A DNA stretch of 64,000 nt, taken from NCBI GenBank assembly GCA_963924565.1, contig OZ004612.1, forward strand, positions 25,110,001 through 25,174,000, read 5' to 3'. Position numbers and translations under genes: made by a program. Every line of letters starts with the position of its first letter. Position 1 is the first letter of the stretch. A model generated the notes under the pieces. The model was not told the origin of the DNA. It made no database searches and worked only from the letters and a program-made list of their open reading frames with translations. Below, in pieces: positions 33,901 to 47,295 of the stretch. The stretch comes from Ascidiella aspersa. Lineage: Eukaryota.

Positions 33901-36900
33901 ACATTGAAAAACACGCAGCTTCGGACGGTGGGGTTCAAACCCCCATATTTTTTTGCAATTCTGTCCAGACGCTGGCAGCTGTATAATGTCACGAGGTTTA
34001 AAGGTAAAAGGCAAATATATAATTCTTCAATACATATTTTAATACATAAGTACAACGTCAATCTTTTGGTTGTCAACAAACTGTTTTTTGACACTTTTAG
34101 CATTCGAGAAAAAAAAAATGTTTTATTGTTGGAGCCTCATTTGTTGTCCCTAAAACATGTTTAAGTAAGTAAAACGGCAAAACAAAAGGAATAGTAAAAT
34201 TTACTCTTTGACAAGAGCCTAATTTTAACTGGCAGAATTTAGTATCTTGATGTTTAGAAAATAACATTTCTAATTTCCGAAACAAAAATAAAAATAAAAA
34301 ATGTCTTAAAATAGATCGGTATCCTGAAACACCATTTATTCCTTAATTCAACTTGAACCAAAGCTTTAAACACCGAACCCTGCGGACAAAATCAAATATC
34401 AACATGTTCTATTAGTTCACGAAAACCAACCAATTTGTGAAATTCAGTTAACGTACAGTTTGGCTTTGGCTTAATACAGTGGTTCTCAACCAGGGGTGCC
34501 GTGGCGCCCTGGTGTGCCATTTCTAATGCTCAAAGGTGCCGATAGGTATTTGATATTTTTCAAGAATATGATTTTTGCTTAATTGTGTACGCTTCTTGAT
34601 ACAACTATTTGTGTACGATTAGAGACCATTATACTAAATGACATTTTTCTACATGTTTTAAGTTGATTGTGTTTTTCCAGTTCCATGTATAGTGACATTT
34701 CAGTAAAATACTCAACTAAAATTCCAGTCGGGATGCCAAAAATCTATTTATTACTTTTAAGGGGTGTCGTAAGCCATACAAAGTTGAGAATCACTGGCCT
34801 AATACAATATAGGCACAAGTGGTGACGTATAATTTATAAAATCAGTTACAGAAACCGTTTTTAAGTTTTTAAACAACAAATTTTACCTGCTTAACGAAGT
34901 GAAGGGGTTGTCGACTTTGAAACTGGGCAGGAAAGTGTTGCTTTTGCTTTTCCTGAGTGGTATGTCGGTGATAATCGACGACTGGGGTTGTCTGAACTTG
35001 GTGTGCGAAGGACGACGCTTGCTCTGCGTAAAAAATATTTTTTTTAAGAAGTAGGGCAATTATTTTTTGACCTATAAAAATGAGAAATTTATGCGAAAAA
35101 AGGGGGGCAAAAAGGGGGGTATGCAAAACTCTTGAGAATGCTTTGTCCTTTTAAAACGACAAACAACTATAAAATCAAAAAGAAAAACAAGACGCTGGTT
35201 TATAAAAAATCTAAAAGCGGATAACGTATGTTGCTCTAATAAAGATATAATACAGTTAAATAGTCGTTGAGTGTATTTCAAAATTTTTTTTCATTTTACT
35301 GAGCGACGATTTCAAAAAGCTGACTGTAGTTTTTTTTAGTTTTTTGTAAACGATTTGCGCATTTTTAATTGTTTATACTTTTTTGACAAGTTAGAATATA
35401 ATCGCCCTAGTCATAAGGCCTTACATCATAGCATGACGTCATGACTATAACTTTTCTGACGATCGAAGAGTTACATCGGAAAATGCATTAACAAGTCGAT
35501 ATATAGGCAAAAACTTTCTGTAAAAACTGCTGACAAATTTTGCAGATAATACACATAATTGCAAGACTCTTGAAAATATAGCACTCAGCTATATATAACT
35601 GGAAAATTTTAATGCCACTAAAAAGTAAATTCCAATGCGAATTAGCGTGATCATCATTCACTGACGTCATGCTACAGCCGGGCGTGTTTGACCCAGAGTA
35701 ACCCCCTGTGCGTATTACGGGGTCATCGCACATTCAAACTTGCATGTGATTTAAATACAAAGTTATCGACAAGATGAGTCAATTTTAAAGATGGGAAAAA
35801 TTCGACTTTCCTTCCTAAATTTGAAACGCTAACTACATCCTTGAATCTCGATATTTTTGGGGAGTTTTATCGACGGAATAAGTCATTTGTTTGGAAGTTC
35901 TATCGACAAACTCAATCATTTTAAAAGAGGGGAAATTTCGACTTTTTTTCGTAAATTTAAAACGTCAACTTTGCCCTTGAAAACCTTGATTATTTTTTTG
36001 GGAATAGTTTCTTGAACAACTAACCTTGGGGTCTCTGAAGTAAACGGCAAGATCAACAAGGTCGTAGATGTCTTCAATGGGCGGATACTTCATGAGCAGT
36101 TGCATGCAGCTGCAGTAGTCGGCCAGTAATACTAAACATTAAAAATGTTTGTTTTTTGTGCGAAAACTGTTAATGCATATTTCATACGGAAACATTCGAC
36201 AGTCCAAATACCACATTAAACAAAGGTGTTTGAAGAACACAATTTAAACTTTTCTAAATTAGTCCTAACAACACGGGCATCCCCGAATGACACAAGGTGG
36301 CAAATACAACGGTTAGAAAAAGATAAAGTCCACTAACATTGTTTCCTTATGTTGTACATCATAGCAACGAAGATATAGTCGACCAGATCGAGAGTAGGAC
36401 TGTCGGCGAACATTGCATCCCACAATACAAGAAGGTCCTGAAGATCCAACTCTCGACCGAACAGTAGCCGAACCCAACGCCTAAATGGATAACACAAGTC
36501 TTCATAGGTGCCAAACTTTTTCAAAATTCCGGGGCGTTATTTCTCAGCCAGTGCAAAATTGCTTATTTATTACAAAATGTGAGCTCTAAGGAACCGGTTT
36601 TTGCGCTGTTCGGTGTTGTTATCACTGAAACAAACCATTTTGCCTTTAGGCTAGAAAAAGTATAAATTTTTTTAAATGGGCAAAACAATTTTGAATTAAC
36701 GTTTAATTTGAAAACATGTTTAGGGTTTTTTTTTTGTTATATGGTGGTTTTCGAAAGTTTTAAAAAACTTTTGTTAAACTAAAACTGTGCTAACAGGAAT
36801 TAATTATGCACATTAATAGATAATTTTTGTCAAACTCAGTTTCGAGGCGTCAAAAAAAACGCTCTGCACACGCACGTTCTTCGGCGCCTATGCCAGTAAC

Positions 36901-39900
36901 ATAAGAGTTAAGGTCAGGGGCGTATCCAGAAAATCAAAAAGGGAAGGGTCCTAAATTTTCAACTTGGGGAATTCCCCTATTTTCCGCCTATCGTTAATGA
37001 ATAATGAAGTCATAAACTAGTGACGCGTATGACGTCATACAATAGTGATTTGTAATGACGTCATAAAAAATTCTCAGACACTGGCAATTAACGTCGAGCA
37101 AAGTAAACTTTTACGACGCAAAGCGAGCACGTGCGTCGAAACCGCTTAAAAGACGGTGAAATGTAAACCAAGACAGTAAAATGTGTGTGATTGATTTTAA
37201 AATCATGTTTAGACTATCAGCAGATCAGTGTCCTAAGTTCCATGTACGGGACCACGCTAAATTACAAGCACATATTTCGCCACCTCCAATACTAAACAAA
37301 GATGTGCCAAGTCAGCTTATACACAAACTGCGGTTGAGGGAAAATAATTGTGTCAATTACACACTAAACACGTTGTCTTAGGATATGCTTCGAGAATAAT
37401 TTTGCGGTATCAATCATTACATCAAAAAGGTCACTTTGAAAGTCACAGAAGAGAATTTTCTTTAGTTAAAAAATGCCGTTGTTACACCAACATCAGATAT
37501 TAGCGCGAACAGCGAGGAACATTTTGCGCCTAACTCGTAGTTTTTAAGGTTAATCACTAACGAAAAAAAAAAAGGGGGGGGGGGGTCCGGACACCCAAAC
37601 CTTGCCAATAGGTTTGATGTATCGACGCCAAGAAAACATTTGGCCGCGATAGTGCTATGAGATACCTTATTCTACTTCTTAATTCGGCCTTACCAATTTA
37701 AATGTCCGTAAAATTATCTGGTTAATTAATTTTATTCTTAAGAAACCTAATAGGTTCAGCTTTTAAAACTTTAAACGTTGACATTTTAAAGTGTCGTTTG
37801 TCGCTCATTAGTATTGCTTGTGAGACAACCTAACCGCAAATGAAATCATAATATTTTATTTTGAATAACCAGTATTACATGAAAGAATAGACATTTCACA
37901 TATTTATCCTGTCAAATCCCTGATTAGTGCAATAGAAAAGAGGACAAGAGGTCAAAAGTCTAAGAAATGGTCGGTCTTATGACAAAGTAAAAAAGTATGG
38001 TTCGTCTCTAGGGAGGCAGACTAATACATCTCTTATGTGCACCTACATACCACTCTACGTCTTGTCTGAAAATGTAGAAGTTCTACGTTGTATACTTTTG
38101 CTGGACGAAAAAAGCCCTGGACGAAAATCGGTCTGAAACAAACCATAGCAAACAAAAAAGAATAACAGCAAAAACAAGATATGTCCCGAAAATAAATTTT
38201 CGGCCCATATTAACTCCACATGAAGCTAAACGATTTAATGTCGTCCGAACACATAAATAACTTACAAGCCATAAACTTGTGGTATGATCTCAAGTCTTGT
38301 GAGATGGTGATACAGCTCACGATCGTGAGTGGCGAGAAGTTTCTCATGAATGTGATTGAGTTTGTTCGTGATTTCAAGCGGTGGGCTGTTCACAGAATTC
38401 TGCAAATTCAAAATTAAACGGACTTAAATCAAAGCAGCCTTGACTTGAATTATAGAACTAATTTTTAAAAACTAAATTGTAAAACAGAAAAGCTAGCATT
38501 TAGTTTATCTACCTATTCTTATTGAATAATACACTTTTATTTCAGCCAGCCAGCAATGAAAATAAAAGTGCAAATTTTCCAAAGTTCTAAAAGTATTTCT
38601 TTTTGTACTGAAAAGCTATATAATGTTTGTATAATAGTAAAATATTGACCAATATTACCGTAAAACTAATGTATCAGTACATCTCTATTGAAAAGGTTTC
38701 TAATATGCATAATAATTAGTGTCAGGTTAATGGATGTCATTTATCTATATGTTGTATCTATATAAATAAATAAATATGCATAGCTGTATAGTGTATATAC
38801 ACATATACAATGAAATATTTACTACAAAGTCAGGGTGTGTATTGAACACATCAGTGAATAACAATAGATCATGGAAAATTACCTATTATGCATAAACAAA
38901 CAATGTCTCCTTACCTTATCATGCTTTAAAAGTGTTAAAACATATTTAAAGAGTTGTAATACATGTAGATTGTAGATTGTACAGTAAAGTGTCAGAATTC
39001 AAAAATCAAATGTGCATTGAAAAAACAAAATTACATCTGTTTCCTTGAATGGTACAGTTGGAATAGGGTCTTCTGTAGTTTTGCTGTTCACGCTTTCGGA
39101 ATTTGTTTCTGGCACCTCGGTGACAGAATACCATGCATTTGTGGCATCCATTAGTTTTGAAAACATCAAGCTGACAGTAAAAAGACAAACTGTGTGGACA
39201 TGTAAGGGATGTGTTATTTTACATTTAAAGCAAATAGATTTCACACTAAATATTTTAAGTATAAAAATTTTAAATTTTACTGTAAAAAATTAAATAATCT
39301 ATCATTCACCAATTACCAACAATACTAATTAAACAGTTGTATGTTTATTTTAACAAATTCCAAAAATTAGATTATAATATGTTGAAGAACAGTTGACAGA
39401 AGTGTTTGCCAAACAGAACAATATCGTTGTGATACTATTCACATAATTATTTGTGTTAGGTAAATGAAAACAAGCATGGCATTAGGCACGCATGTTAACA
39501 ATTGACAAAATGTCAGACAATGTGCAATCCAATATCACATGATACTTCCTTGCATATAATTTGTAACTTTAACAGCTGTCTTTTTGAACAAAACAAGCTT
39601 CAGCAATGCAATTTAAATATTAGCCGATTTCATAAATCAGATTTTCTTACAGATGTTATAAAACCATAACAATGCTGTTTAAAGGCAAATATAACTTGAA
39701 AAAATACTCACTATGCATCATGTTCAAGAAATTCTTCACTAAGCAAGTTTGTCACAATTACCCTGAAAATGTTAAAAAAAAACATCTTAAATAACAATAA
39801 TGAGCAGAAACTGAGACTTAAGCATGTTTTGCAAATTTTTTTGGATATTGCGCAATGTTTATGACACTACTTATTTACCAGTAAAAAATACAATTCATAA

Positions 39901-42900
39901 TGATTAAATTCTACACCTATGCATTTATGTTAAAATAACTAATTTTTCTTTCATTTGCACCATCGTAAAATATAAAGAAACAATATCGTTCTCAAAAGAA
40001 AGAGTAATACATAATTTAAAAAATTACATTTAGCCTAAACAGCTAATAAGATATTTTTTTTCGATAACACAAAAGTTTTATATTCTTTGATATATTTGAT
40101 TGAATTTTACTTAAAAACAAAAAAAGGAAATGGTACTAAACATACGGCAAATCTCCCATATCCCTTGCATGTGCAGCGCCCTGAAGGTCACAATGAAGGA
40201 CAAATATGAGCGGCGCTAGCAACTCGTGCATTCCCTGGCGATAGGACAGGCTTTCGTGCTGCCGAGCGTAGCAGAACAAGATGTTCGCCATCATTTCGTG
40301 GACTTTTTCCGAATGGTAGAAATCAAGTTCGGGACATCTGAGTTCAAGAACAAAGACAATAAAAAACTTATATCAACGTCACTAAACGATACTGAAAAAC
40401 TGTTATTAGGTTTTGCCAATTGGTACTATATTAGGGTGTTTTTAATGTATATACATTTTGCCCAGCGGTCGTAATGAAAGACATTGAAATTTTTTACAAA
40501 CTGTCTTACTTTTTGGACAAAATAGTTATATCTGTGTCAGAATAAAAAATGAAGTTTCTAACATTCCTAGGCATTCATAAAAAACATTTGCTAGGCGTTT
40601 ATCCATAAATTTGTTACCTTGTGTTTTCTACAGTTTACATAACATTACAAAACATTATTTCAAGCACAGTTTGAGATTGGATGTTATTGTAAAGGGGGAA
40701 GAATGGGACAGTAATTGAAAGTGTTAACTACTCACGTTCTTTGAACATCTCTTTCAATTAAAGTTTTCAACTCAGCGTTGCGAAAATGCTGTGACCAAGA
40801 ACTCTACAAAAACAAATGCCATTTAAATTGAAGTAAAAACTAGGCTTAGCTTGTATTTAAAATTTATTAAATTATAAACAGCAGGGCAGACTTTAACAAC
40901 TAGATAAGTTTAGTTTTTTAATTCTAATCTAATTTGTGAATTGCTTGTGTGCTCTAATTCTAAATCAAATCTAATTCAGATTTTACTCAAAATGCTACTT
41001 TGTCCAACGGCATTTTTATTTACTCAGTCACAACAAAGAATTTGAATTATTACTCTTCAATTGGAATGACTTGTTGGCAGTGTTCCCGATAAGCACATTT
41101 TTTTTGGCCACTGGCGGACTTTTTTTTCACAGAAGTGCGCAAGCAAAAATAAAATTAAAAGTTTTTTTTTTTTTTACTTTAATTCGACTTCCAGTCAAGA
41201 AGGCCAGATTATCACTATTTTGCAAAGATTAGTAAATATAATACCTTATGTACCCCATTCTTACTAAACAAAAGTTTCAAAAAAGTGCCCAAATTAGTTT
41301 TATCCGAGCTACGTACAACAAAAAAAGTGCCCAGATTAGTTTTATCCGAGCTACGTACCGACAAAAAAAATGCCCAAATTAGTTTTATCCGAGCTTCGTA
41401 CCGACAAAAAAAGTGCCCAGATTAATTTTATCCGAGCTACGTACGGTACAAAAAGTGCCCAAATTAGTTTCATACGAGCTACGTACGAGCAAAAAAGTGC
41501 CTAAATTAGTTTTATTCGAGCTACGTACGGAACAAAAAAGTGCCCAAATTAGTTTTATTCGAGCTACGTACGGAACAAAAAAGTGCCAAAAATTAGTTTT
41601 ATCTGAGCTACGTACGAGCAAAAAAGTGTTCAAATTAGTTTGCTTTAAGATATATATATGTGGAAAAAAGCTGTTCTTAACTATGGAAGGCGTTATCGAA
41701 GTTCAAATTCTTGTTTACATTTAGGTTTTTTAAGAATTTGGTAATTCTAATTCTAATCTAATTTGAAAAAACAAAAATGATCTCATTCTGATCTATTTTT
41801 ACAAAAACTGAAATGCTCTAATTTTAATTCTAATCTAATTTAAAAAACAGAAATAAATTTAGTTGTCCAAGTCTGTTTCAGATTTTATGCCAGAACAAAA
41901 TTACCTTAAATACATTTCAAAAATAGTGCACTGCAGTTGCATGATATTTCAAAGTGTATTTTTAGTGGCACACAAAAGCTAAGTAAACTCCAGCACAGTT
42001 TTAAAAGCTTGCACACCACAAATGCTTAAAAAGACTTTCTTGCAAAAAGAGGCTTTTATAACGTTTGCAAGACTTAGTACAAAACGAACAAATGATAACT
42101 GTGGTTTGGAATTTGATGAATCAGAAAATCTGAATTCAGTTTAAATCTATATAATATATATACCAAATAAAAAATATATATATATATATTTCAATTTCAA
42201 ATGAATAAATGCTTTTAATATATATATGTACCTATAAAAAAAGGATAAGCACAATTGACAAATTAAGTGTCAAGTCCATAAATACATCCTTGAATGTTTA
42301 TCTTTATACTTGAGACCGCGTGATTGAAGTGACATCAAATTTTTGATTTTCTGTTTGCACACTTACGTTTTTGCTTTGTGAAAGCGGGTTTTCAACTTGT
42401 ATATCGTTTCGCTCGCTGCTTTCCTGCGGAATGTTGTTTAATGACGCTTTTATTCGAGCATAACTTTCCCTGGATCTCTGTGTGGCATTTTCCCAGTCGT
42501 TCTGATCTTCTGATAGACAACCAAGAAATATCTGAAATTAAGGGTTTGTTTGAGAATTGATTTCATATTAGACTAGTTGGTCTAAAACGGTTCTGTTTAC
42601 ATGTAAACCAACTCTGAGACCAGTGGTTCTCAAAGTTATTTTTATATTCTATCCTTAGAAGCCCAATCACTTCCAATACCTCTACCCAGCAAAACACACG
42701 GAGTATTCTACCTTTTAAACAAACCTACAGGATTTGACACAATTAAAGAAAATACCATATGTAAAACTGCCAGAGACACATTTGTGCCAAAGTTCAAGAC
42801 TTTTTACAAAATTTTAATCCATTAATCGTCCGAAAGTTGAGTTTGTTTGAACGGTGTAGGTATTTATTTTATGCCCGCATTGTTGTATATCTATTAAATG

Positions 42901-44130
42901 GCTGTAATTGCAAAGAAACATTAGACCAGTGGTTTTCAACCTGGGGGTCGCGACCCCCGGGTGGGTTGTTTGCCTTTTCTCTGGGTCGCGAAGACGACAA
43001 TCAAAAATACGAATCACTATTGCTAGAATGCGAATTAATTAGCTTAAAAAAGTAACTTGTAATGATAGTAAATGTTCAAACAGTGAGCTGCCAGGAAGAA
43101 AGTTGCGAGATAGAATTTTATTTTAACAATGTAGGCTTGCTATTGAGTTCCCGGTATCAATCAAAGGTAGCCAACGGCAGTGCTTGTCAACCTTCTTGGG
43201 AATAGTACACACTTAAGTTTATTAAAGAACTTTAAGTGAACACTTAAACCTATAATTCAAGTTGCAATTGTTTATATTGCATGTTATTTATCTTCAGACT
43301 CATTAAAGACAGAAATCACAAGCAAAAAACTATTAACCGTTATGACAAGAACCATATTTATTACATCGCAATAATGATTATTACATCACATTAACGATTA
43401 AACTAAAGTTTAGTCAAATAGTGTTAAAAATCTTAATGTGGCGATTGCAGGCTTAAACCGTAACTTTATAAGCTAGTACATATACCTTTTTCATTAATCC
43501 GTATAGTTAACCAAATTTTACAACAATCGGTCGATAAATGTGATTGTTTTACCAATTTAAATGTGACTCTAATTTACTTCGGTCAATGTATCATTAATTT
43601 CAAAATTGAGGTCGCGTAAATTTCGAAAAATGGAAAAGGGGTTGCGACAACAAAAAGGTTGGGAACCACTGCATTAGACTAATATGTAAATGTGATTAAA
43701 CAATATACCTAGATTATGGACCTAAAATAGATTCTTCAAGATACCAATCGTTAAACTTAAACAGGCGTTTTATTGGCTTTTGCATTTTCCTCCCCAAATT
43801 AACAGATTCCTCCCTTGGGGAGCAAAAAAAATACAAATACCACCAAGAACCCACCCTCCAACAGATACTGCGGAAATGGCAACTCCTCAAGCTTTCCTTG
43901 AAAGTGATGGACCTCAGTCTTTCCAGGAGGCCAAGTTGCCCGCCGTTGATTGGCCGTTGGCCTTTATCGAAATAATAGCTCCACTGCTTTAGATAGCTAG
44001 CAGTACTGTTGGTGTCATTGGCTTGTTGCTTGGCTTCTGAAACATCAGTGTCTTGCTTTGCATTTACAGGTTTTTCAGCATTTTCAGTTGTTTCTACACT
44101 GTCACCACCTGAGTGCTCATTTCCATCCAT
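27976..44130 (-). CDS. TBC1D5: TBC1 domain family member 5 (Rab7 GTPase-activating protein), 14 coding exons, ~666 aa
   Basis: Exons: 44130-43855, 42531-42367, 40803-40736, 40337-40146, 39762-39712, 39170-39035, 38399-38266, 36480-36338, 36131-36025, 35023-34887, 32210-32149, 30710-30583, 29529-29275, 28122-27976. Phases are consistent and sum to 2001 nt. Motifs: LRSCHFRSICWR, NPLSQ, DVQRT (Arg finger), YRQGMHELLAP (Gln finger), LEHDAY, YGLRWVRLLFGRE, FRDPK and C-terminal LKQIRDILRGTL. Confidence 0.93.
28626..29005. mobile_element. Decayed hAT-type MITE in the last TBC1D5 intron
   Basis: Termini cagtgtttcttaacc / gcttaaaaatcactg; TSD only partly conserved. Confidence 0.55.
29008..29262. repeat. 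Three-copy 79-88-bp minisatellite next to the GC donor
   Basis: tctg(c/t)acacttctaa.acttagcat...gcctatgacgt(a/c)acaatggagtaaat.taaaagtaaaca occurs three times. Confidence 0.9.
32409..32480 (-). mobile_element. tRNA-derived SINE head / tRNA pseudogene in a TBC1D5 intron
   Basis: Minus strand shows D-arm gctc-agttggta-gagc (box A), stem cggtc/gaccg and T-arm gtgag-ttcgaac-ctcac (box B); the 5' side of the acceptor stem is partly deleted and the anticodon loop is non-canonical. Confidence 0.7.
32690..33000. repeat. ttaggg-like dispersed repeat (possibly Helentron-associated)
   Basis: ggggttag/ttaggg tract followed by ttccga repeats; a related inverted fragment lies at ~55360-55475. Confidence 0.4.
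33081..33370. mobile_element. PIF/Harbinger-like MITE end
   Basis: aggggcgtatccagaaa...aacttggggaattccc...tgacgtcat repeats, shared with 36916-37300. Confidence 0.55.
34477..34796. mobile_element. hAT-type MITE
   Basis: Termini cagtggttctcaacc / gttgagaatcactg; TSD gcttaata / gcctaata. Confidence 0.8.
36916..37600. mobile_element. PIF/Harbinger-like MITE relic
   Basis: aggggcgtatccagaaa left end homologous to 33081; poly-G-tccggacaccc near the right end. Confidence 0.55.
40887..41875. mobile_element. TIR element with tctaat subterminal repeats hosting a minisatellite
   Basis: cagactttaacaacta ... tagttgtccaagtctg are inverted termini. Confidence 0.5.
41281..41642. repeat. ~43-45-bp minisatellite, ~8 copies
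   Basis: Unit aaaagtgcccaaattagttttatccgagctacgtac(n)caaa is repeated; it generates spurious ORFs 41385-41633 and 41413-41724. Confidence 0.95.
42927..43671. mobile_element. hAT-type MITE in TBC1D5 intron 1
   Basis: Termini cagtggttttcaacc / ggttgggaaccactg, ggggtcgcg motifs; perfect TSD cattagac. Confidence 0.88.
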
Positions 44131-45364
44131 TTTCGAAGAATAATTTATAAAAATTTTCCTAAAGTCACAGTCAAAATTAAGTATTTTCTCAAGTTACAAA
44201 TCAGGCCTTAACTATAAGTTAACATTTGACTACAGAGGTAGACTGTTGTTTTCACAGGGTTAATAAAAATTTTTCACTAAATCTGTTGTCACAAAATACC
44301 AGTTAAAAAGATGAGTTAATCCATGGAGTAAGATAATTAACTTAAGGTATTTTAAGCTAATTTTACAATTAACGTTATTACAGCCGCGCAAATTTGGGCA
44401 GAAATGTTATTACAGCCGCACAATTTCAAGCTGCAAAATCGTCTCCCCTGCGCAAAGTCCAACGTTTCCAATCTAGAAGTCAGCATCCATACCCCAACAT
44501 AAAATTGTACAGGTTAACTATAATTTTTAGTAAAAATATGGCATGAAAATTTTTAAATACATAATGTGCCAGGAATTATTAGTTGGCTAGCATTTGCTTG
44601 GTAGATATATTTAAATCAAAAAGGCCAAAGACAAAACAAAATCAGTTAGTAATCAAAAAATTTGTACCTAATTATGCCTTAGTTATCTCATCTCAGGTTG
44701 CTAATTTTAACACACTTTTTGCAATCAAAGAACATTAAACATTTTTGTCCAATTTTCATTAATAAATATGCCGTCATAGATGGATTAGGGAAAGTGGGTT
44801 AGCGGTATGTCATAAAACATATTTTAACCTAAATTCATGTTTTTTCTCAAACCCTGTCTGTATATTATATGACACTTTTTATCAAGTGTGTAGTTCTCAT
44901 GAGAGCAGGTATGTAATCAAGGCCTTATGCACATCTGAAGTGCAACTCCTTATAAATCAACCACAGATACAAACTAATTACAAAGTTTTCAAAAAAAAAT
45001 TTAAAAATAAGGCACTATATTATTAGCGTGACAGAGGTTGTGCACGTTTGAGCAGGTTTTCGCAACTTACCGCTTTTCATGGCAATTTTAAACGAAATCA
45101 CAAAATGCCAATAATATATTTACAAATATATTATGTGAGTCTCAAGCGTACGGTTAATTTCCCTTTCCACTTTGGTGCACCGTTTTAAATCAAAACTTTT
45201 TGGATATTTGATTTCCGGCGATAAAAAGTAAAATAGGTTTCATAAAGTTTTAATCAATGTGGAAAGTTCTTAAATTTAAAACCGGATTATTGCATAAAAT
45301 CGAAATATCTGTCTTGATAAGAATATAGTTTTTCGCGTTAATTTGACTGATTAATAAAAATTAC

Positions 45365-45567
45365 GGCGCTGGTCTAGAATCCTACCACAGTTCTAAAATC
45401 AACGCACAAAATTTGAGTTAGGGTGCGGGTTAGCGTTCGGGTGTGGGTGGGTCAAGTATTATTATATTCTTTGTTTAATAATAATACTTGACCCACCTTA
45501 ACCCAAACGTTAACCCGCACCCTAACCCAAATGGTGTTTCGTTGTGGTAGGATTCTAGACCAGCGCC
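45365..45567. mobile_element. 203-bp palindromic MITE
   Basis: Perfect TIR ggcgctggtctagaatcctaccac, internal inverted ttagggtgcgggtta/taacccgcaccctaa; perfect 8-bp TSD aaaattac. Confidence 0.9.
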
Positions 45568-47295
45568 AAAATTACTCTTACAAACACAAATAACACACCT
45601 CATAGAACTTCTAAATAACAATTGCAGTTTGCTGCCAGCCTGCCATGTTCGACATTTACGAGCTATTTTAAAAACCATATTTAGTGTTTAAAACTGTAAT
45701 TACTATACGTTTATTACATGTTTGCATTTTCGTGATGCTTCTTCAAAATCTGACGTCTTTGTTACGCTTGAATGCATACCACTCGTCTACAAACCAAAGA
45801 GATTAAAATTTAAACAGATTTTATTCAATCCCTTTGTACAAACAATAGAAGGTTTTTATTGAATACTTGTTATCAAGCACCTGTTAACTAAACTTTAGGG
45901 AAAGAGTTCTTAAACTTTCTCTACTAGGATCCCTAAAAAGTGCAACCAGAATAGGCATAAACTTGTTCAAGGATGACATCATCAAAGAAGTTGACCAAAG
46001 AAGCCTGTCTGAATACATAAAAGCAGAAATCGCCAAAGCGTGTACGTGTTTCTATTAAGCTCAATTCATTTGAAAAAAATATTCCATTTTCAAATGTATT
46101 TTCATTTTCAATAGACTAACATATTTTTAGCTTATTATAAAACTATGCCACTACTAAAGAAAAGATAACTAGTATTTTCTCGATTTTTCCATAGACAGCA
46201 ATCTTTTGTTTTCGAAAGATACATGGATTAAGGTTTCTTTTGTGCCTTCGTCAGCCTATTTAACTATAAAAACATTTTCATATCTAGTTTGTTATCTCCA
46301 ACGATTAGAACGTTTTGTAGCAGTAATTGGGCATTCTTGTAAAATTTATCAAGCGTTATCAAGCTCCTGCATGGTAGGCCAAACATGTAGGCTAGGCTAT
46401 TGTGTTTACGTACCGGCAACCTATACTTTTTCCTATTCTCATCACCTAAAATGCATTAAACTTCGTTTACTTTTACGAACATGACTGAACTGATTTACAC
46501 CATTTGCTGGTAGGCTATTGTAAATTACGCTTTTAACTTGTCCTAAGAGGCGCACATAAGGCATATATCTGTCAATTCGTCCATTAAACAGAGACAAGAT
46601 TAACTAACACGGGTTGTGTTTTATGGCCGCTGACTGGCAAATAGGATAACTAGCATTTGTGTTGAAATCAGGAATCTATTTAAAACAACACAACGAATTA
46701 ATTTCGTGTCCGAAAAAAAACAAATATCAAAATATACGATTTTTGTATATTTGGATGGTCATTGGTAGGCCCAACAACAGTTTATATATTTTGTCAAGGT
46801 ACTTACTTTATTATTTTCTAACCCTATATCACTTTCTTATATTAAACGAAAATATGACATATGTTTATTACTTCCATGTTAAATGTTAAGGGTAAAAAAG
46901 CACCTTTATACAAGTTTTATTTACAAGAAGTTACTGAAATAAACCAATGTTCGAAAAGAATATAGAACCCATCAAAAACGTGCTGAAAAAAAAAACTGTT
47001 ACGAAAGAGAAACTCGAAGCAGCCTAATACGTTTTTAAAAATTGAAAGGGCAAACAAATCAAGAATAAAAAAAAAAGAAAATTCAGTGGGCTATAGTCGG
47101 GGCGAGTTTCATCTTAATACTTAAGTCGATACTTTGTTACAAACTTGCAATAATATGTGACCACAAATATAATGCAACGGTAACAGGTCGATAAGTGAAT
47201 ATTCCTATATAGTACGAAAGGATCTGCAGTGAAAGTCATTAGTAATTGCACTTTTACGTTTTAACACCTAAATGTCGCACGTCTACAGAACTTCT

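Noticed and set aside
41281-41642. CRISPR-like regular repeat
   Set aside because: Head-to-tail minisatellite without unique spacers, in a eukaryotic intron, with no cas genes.
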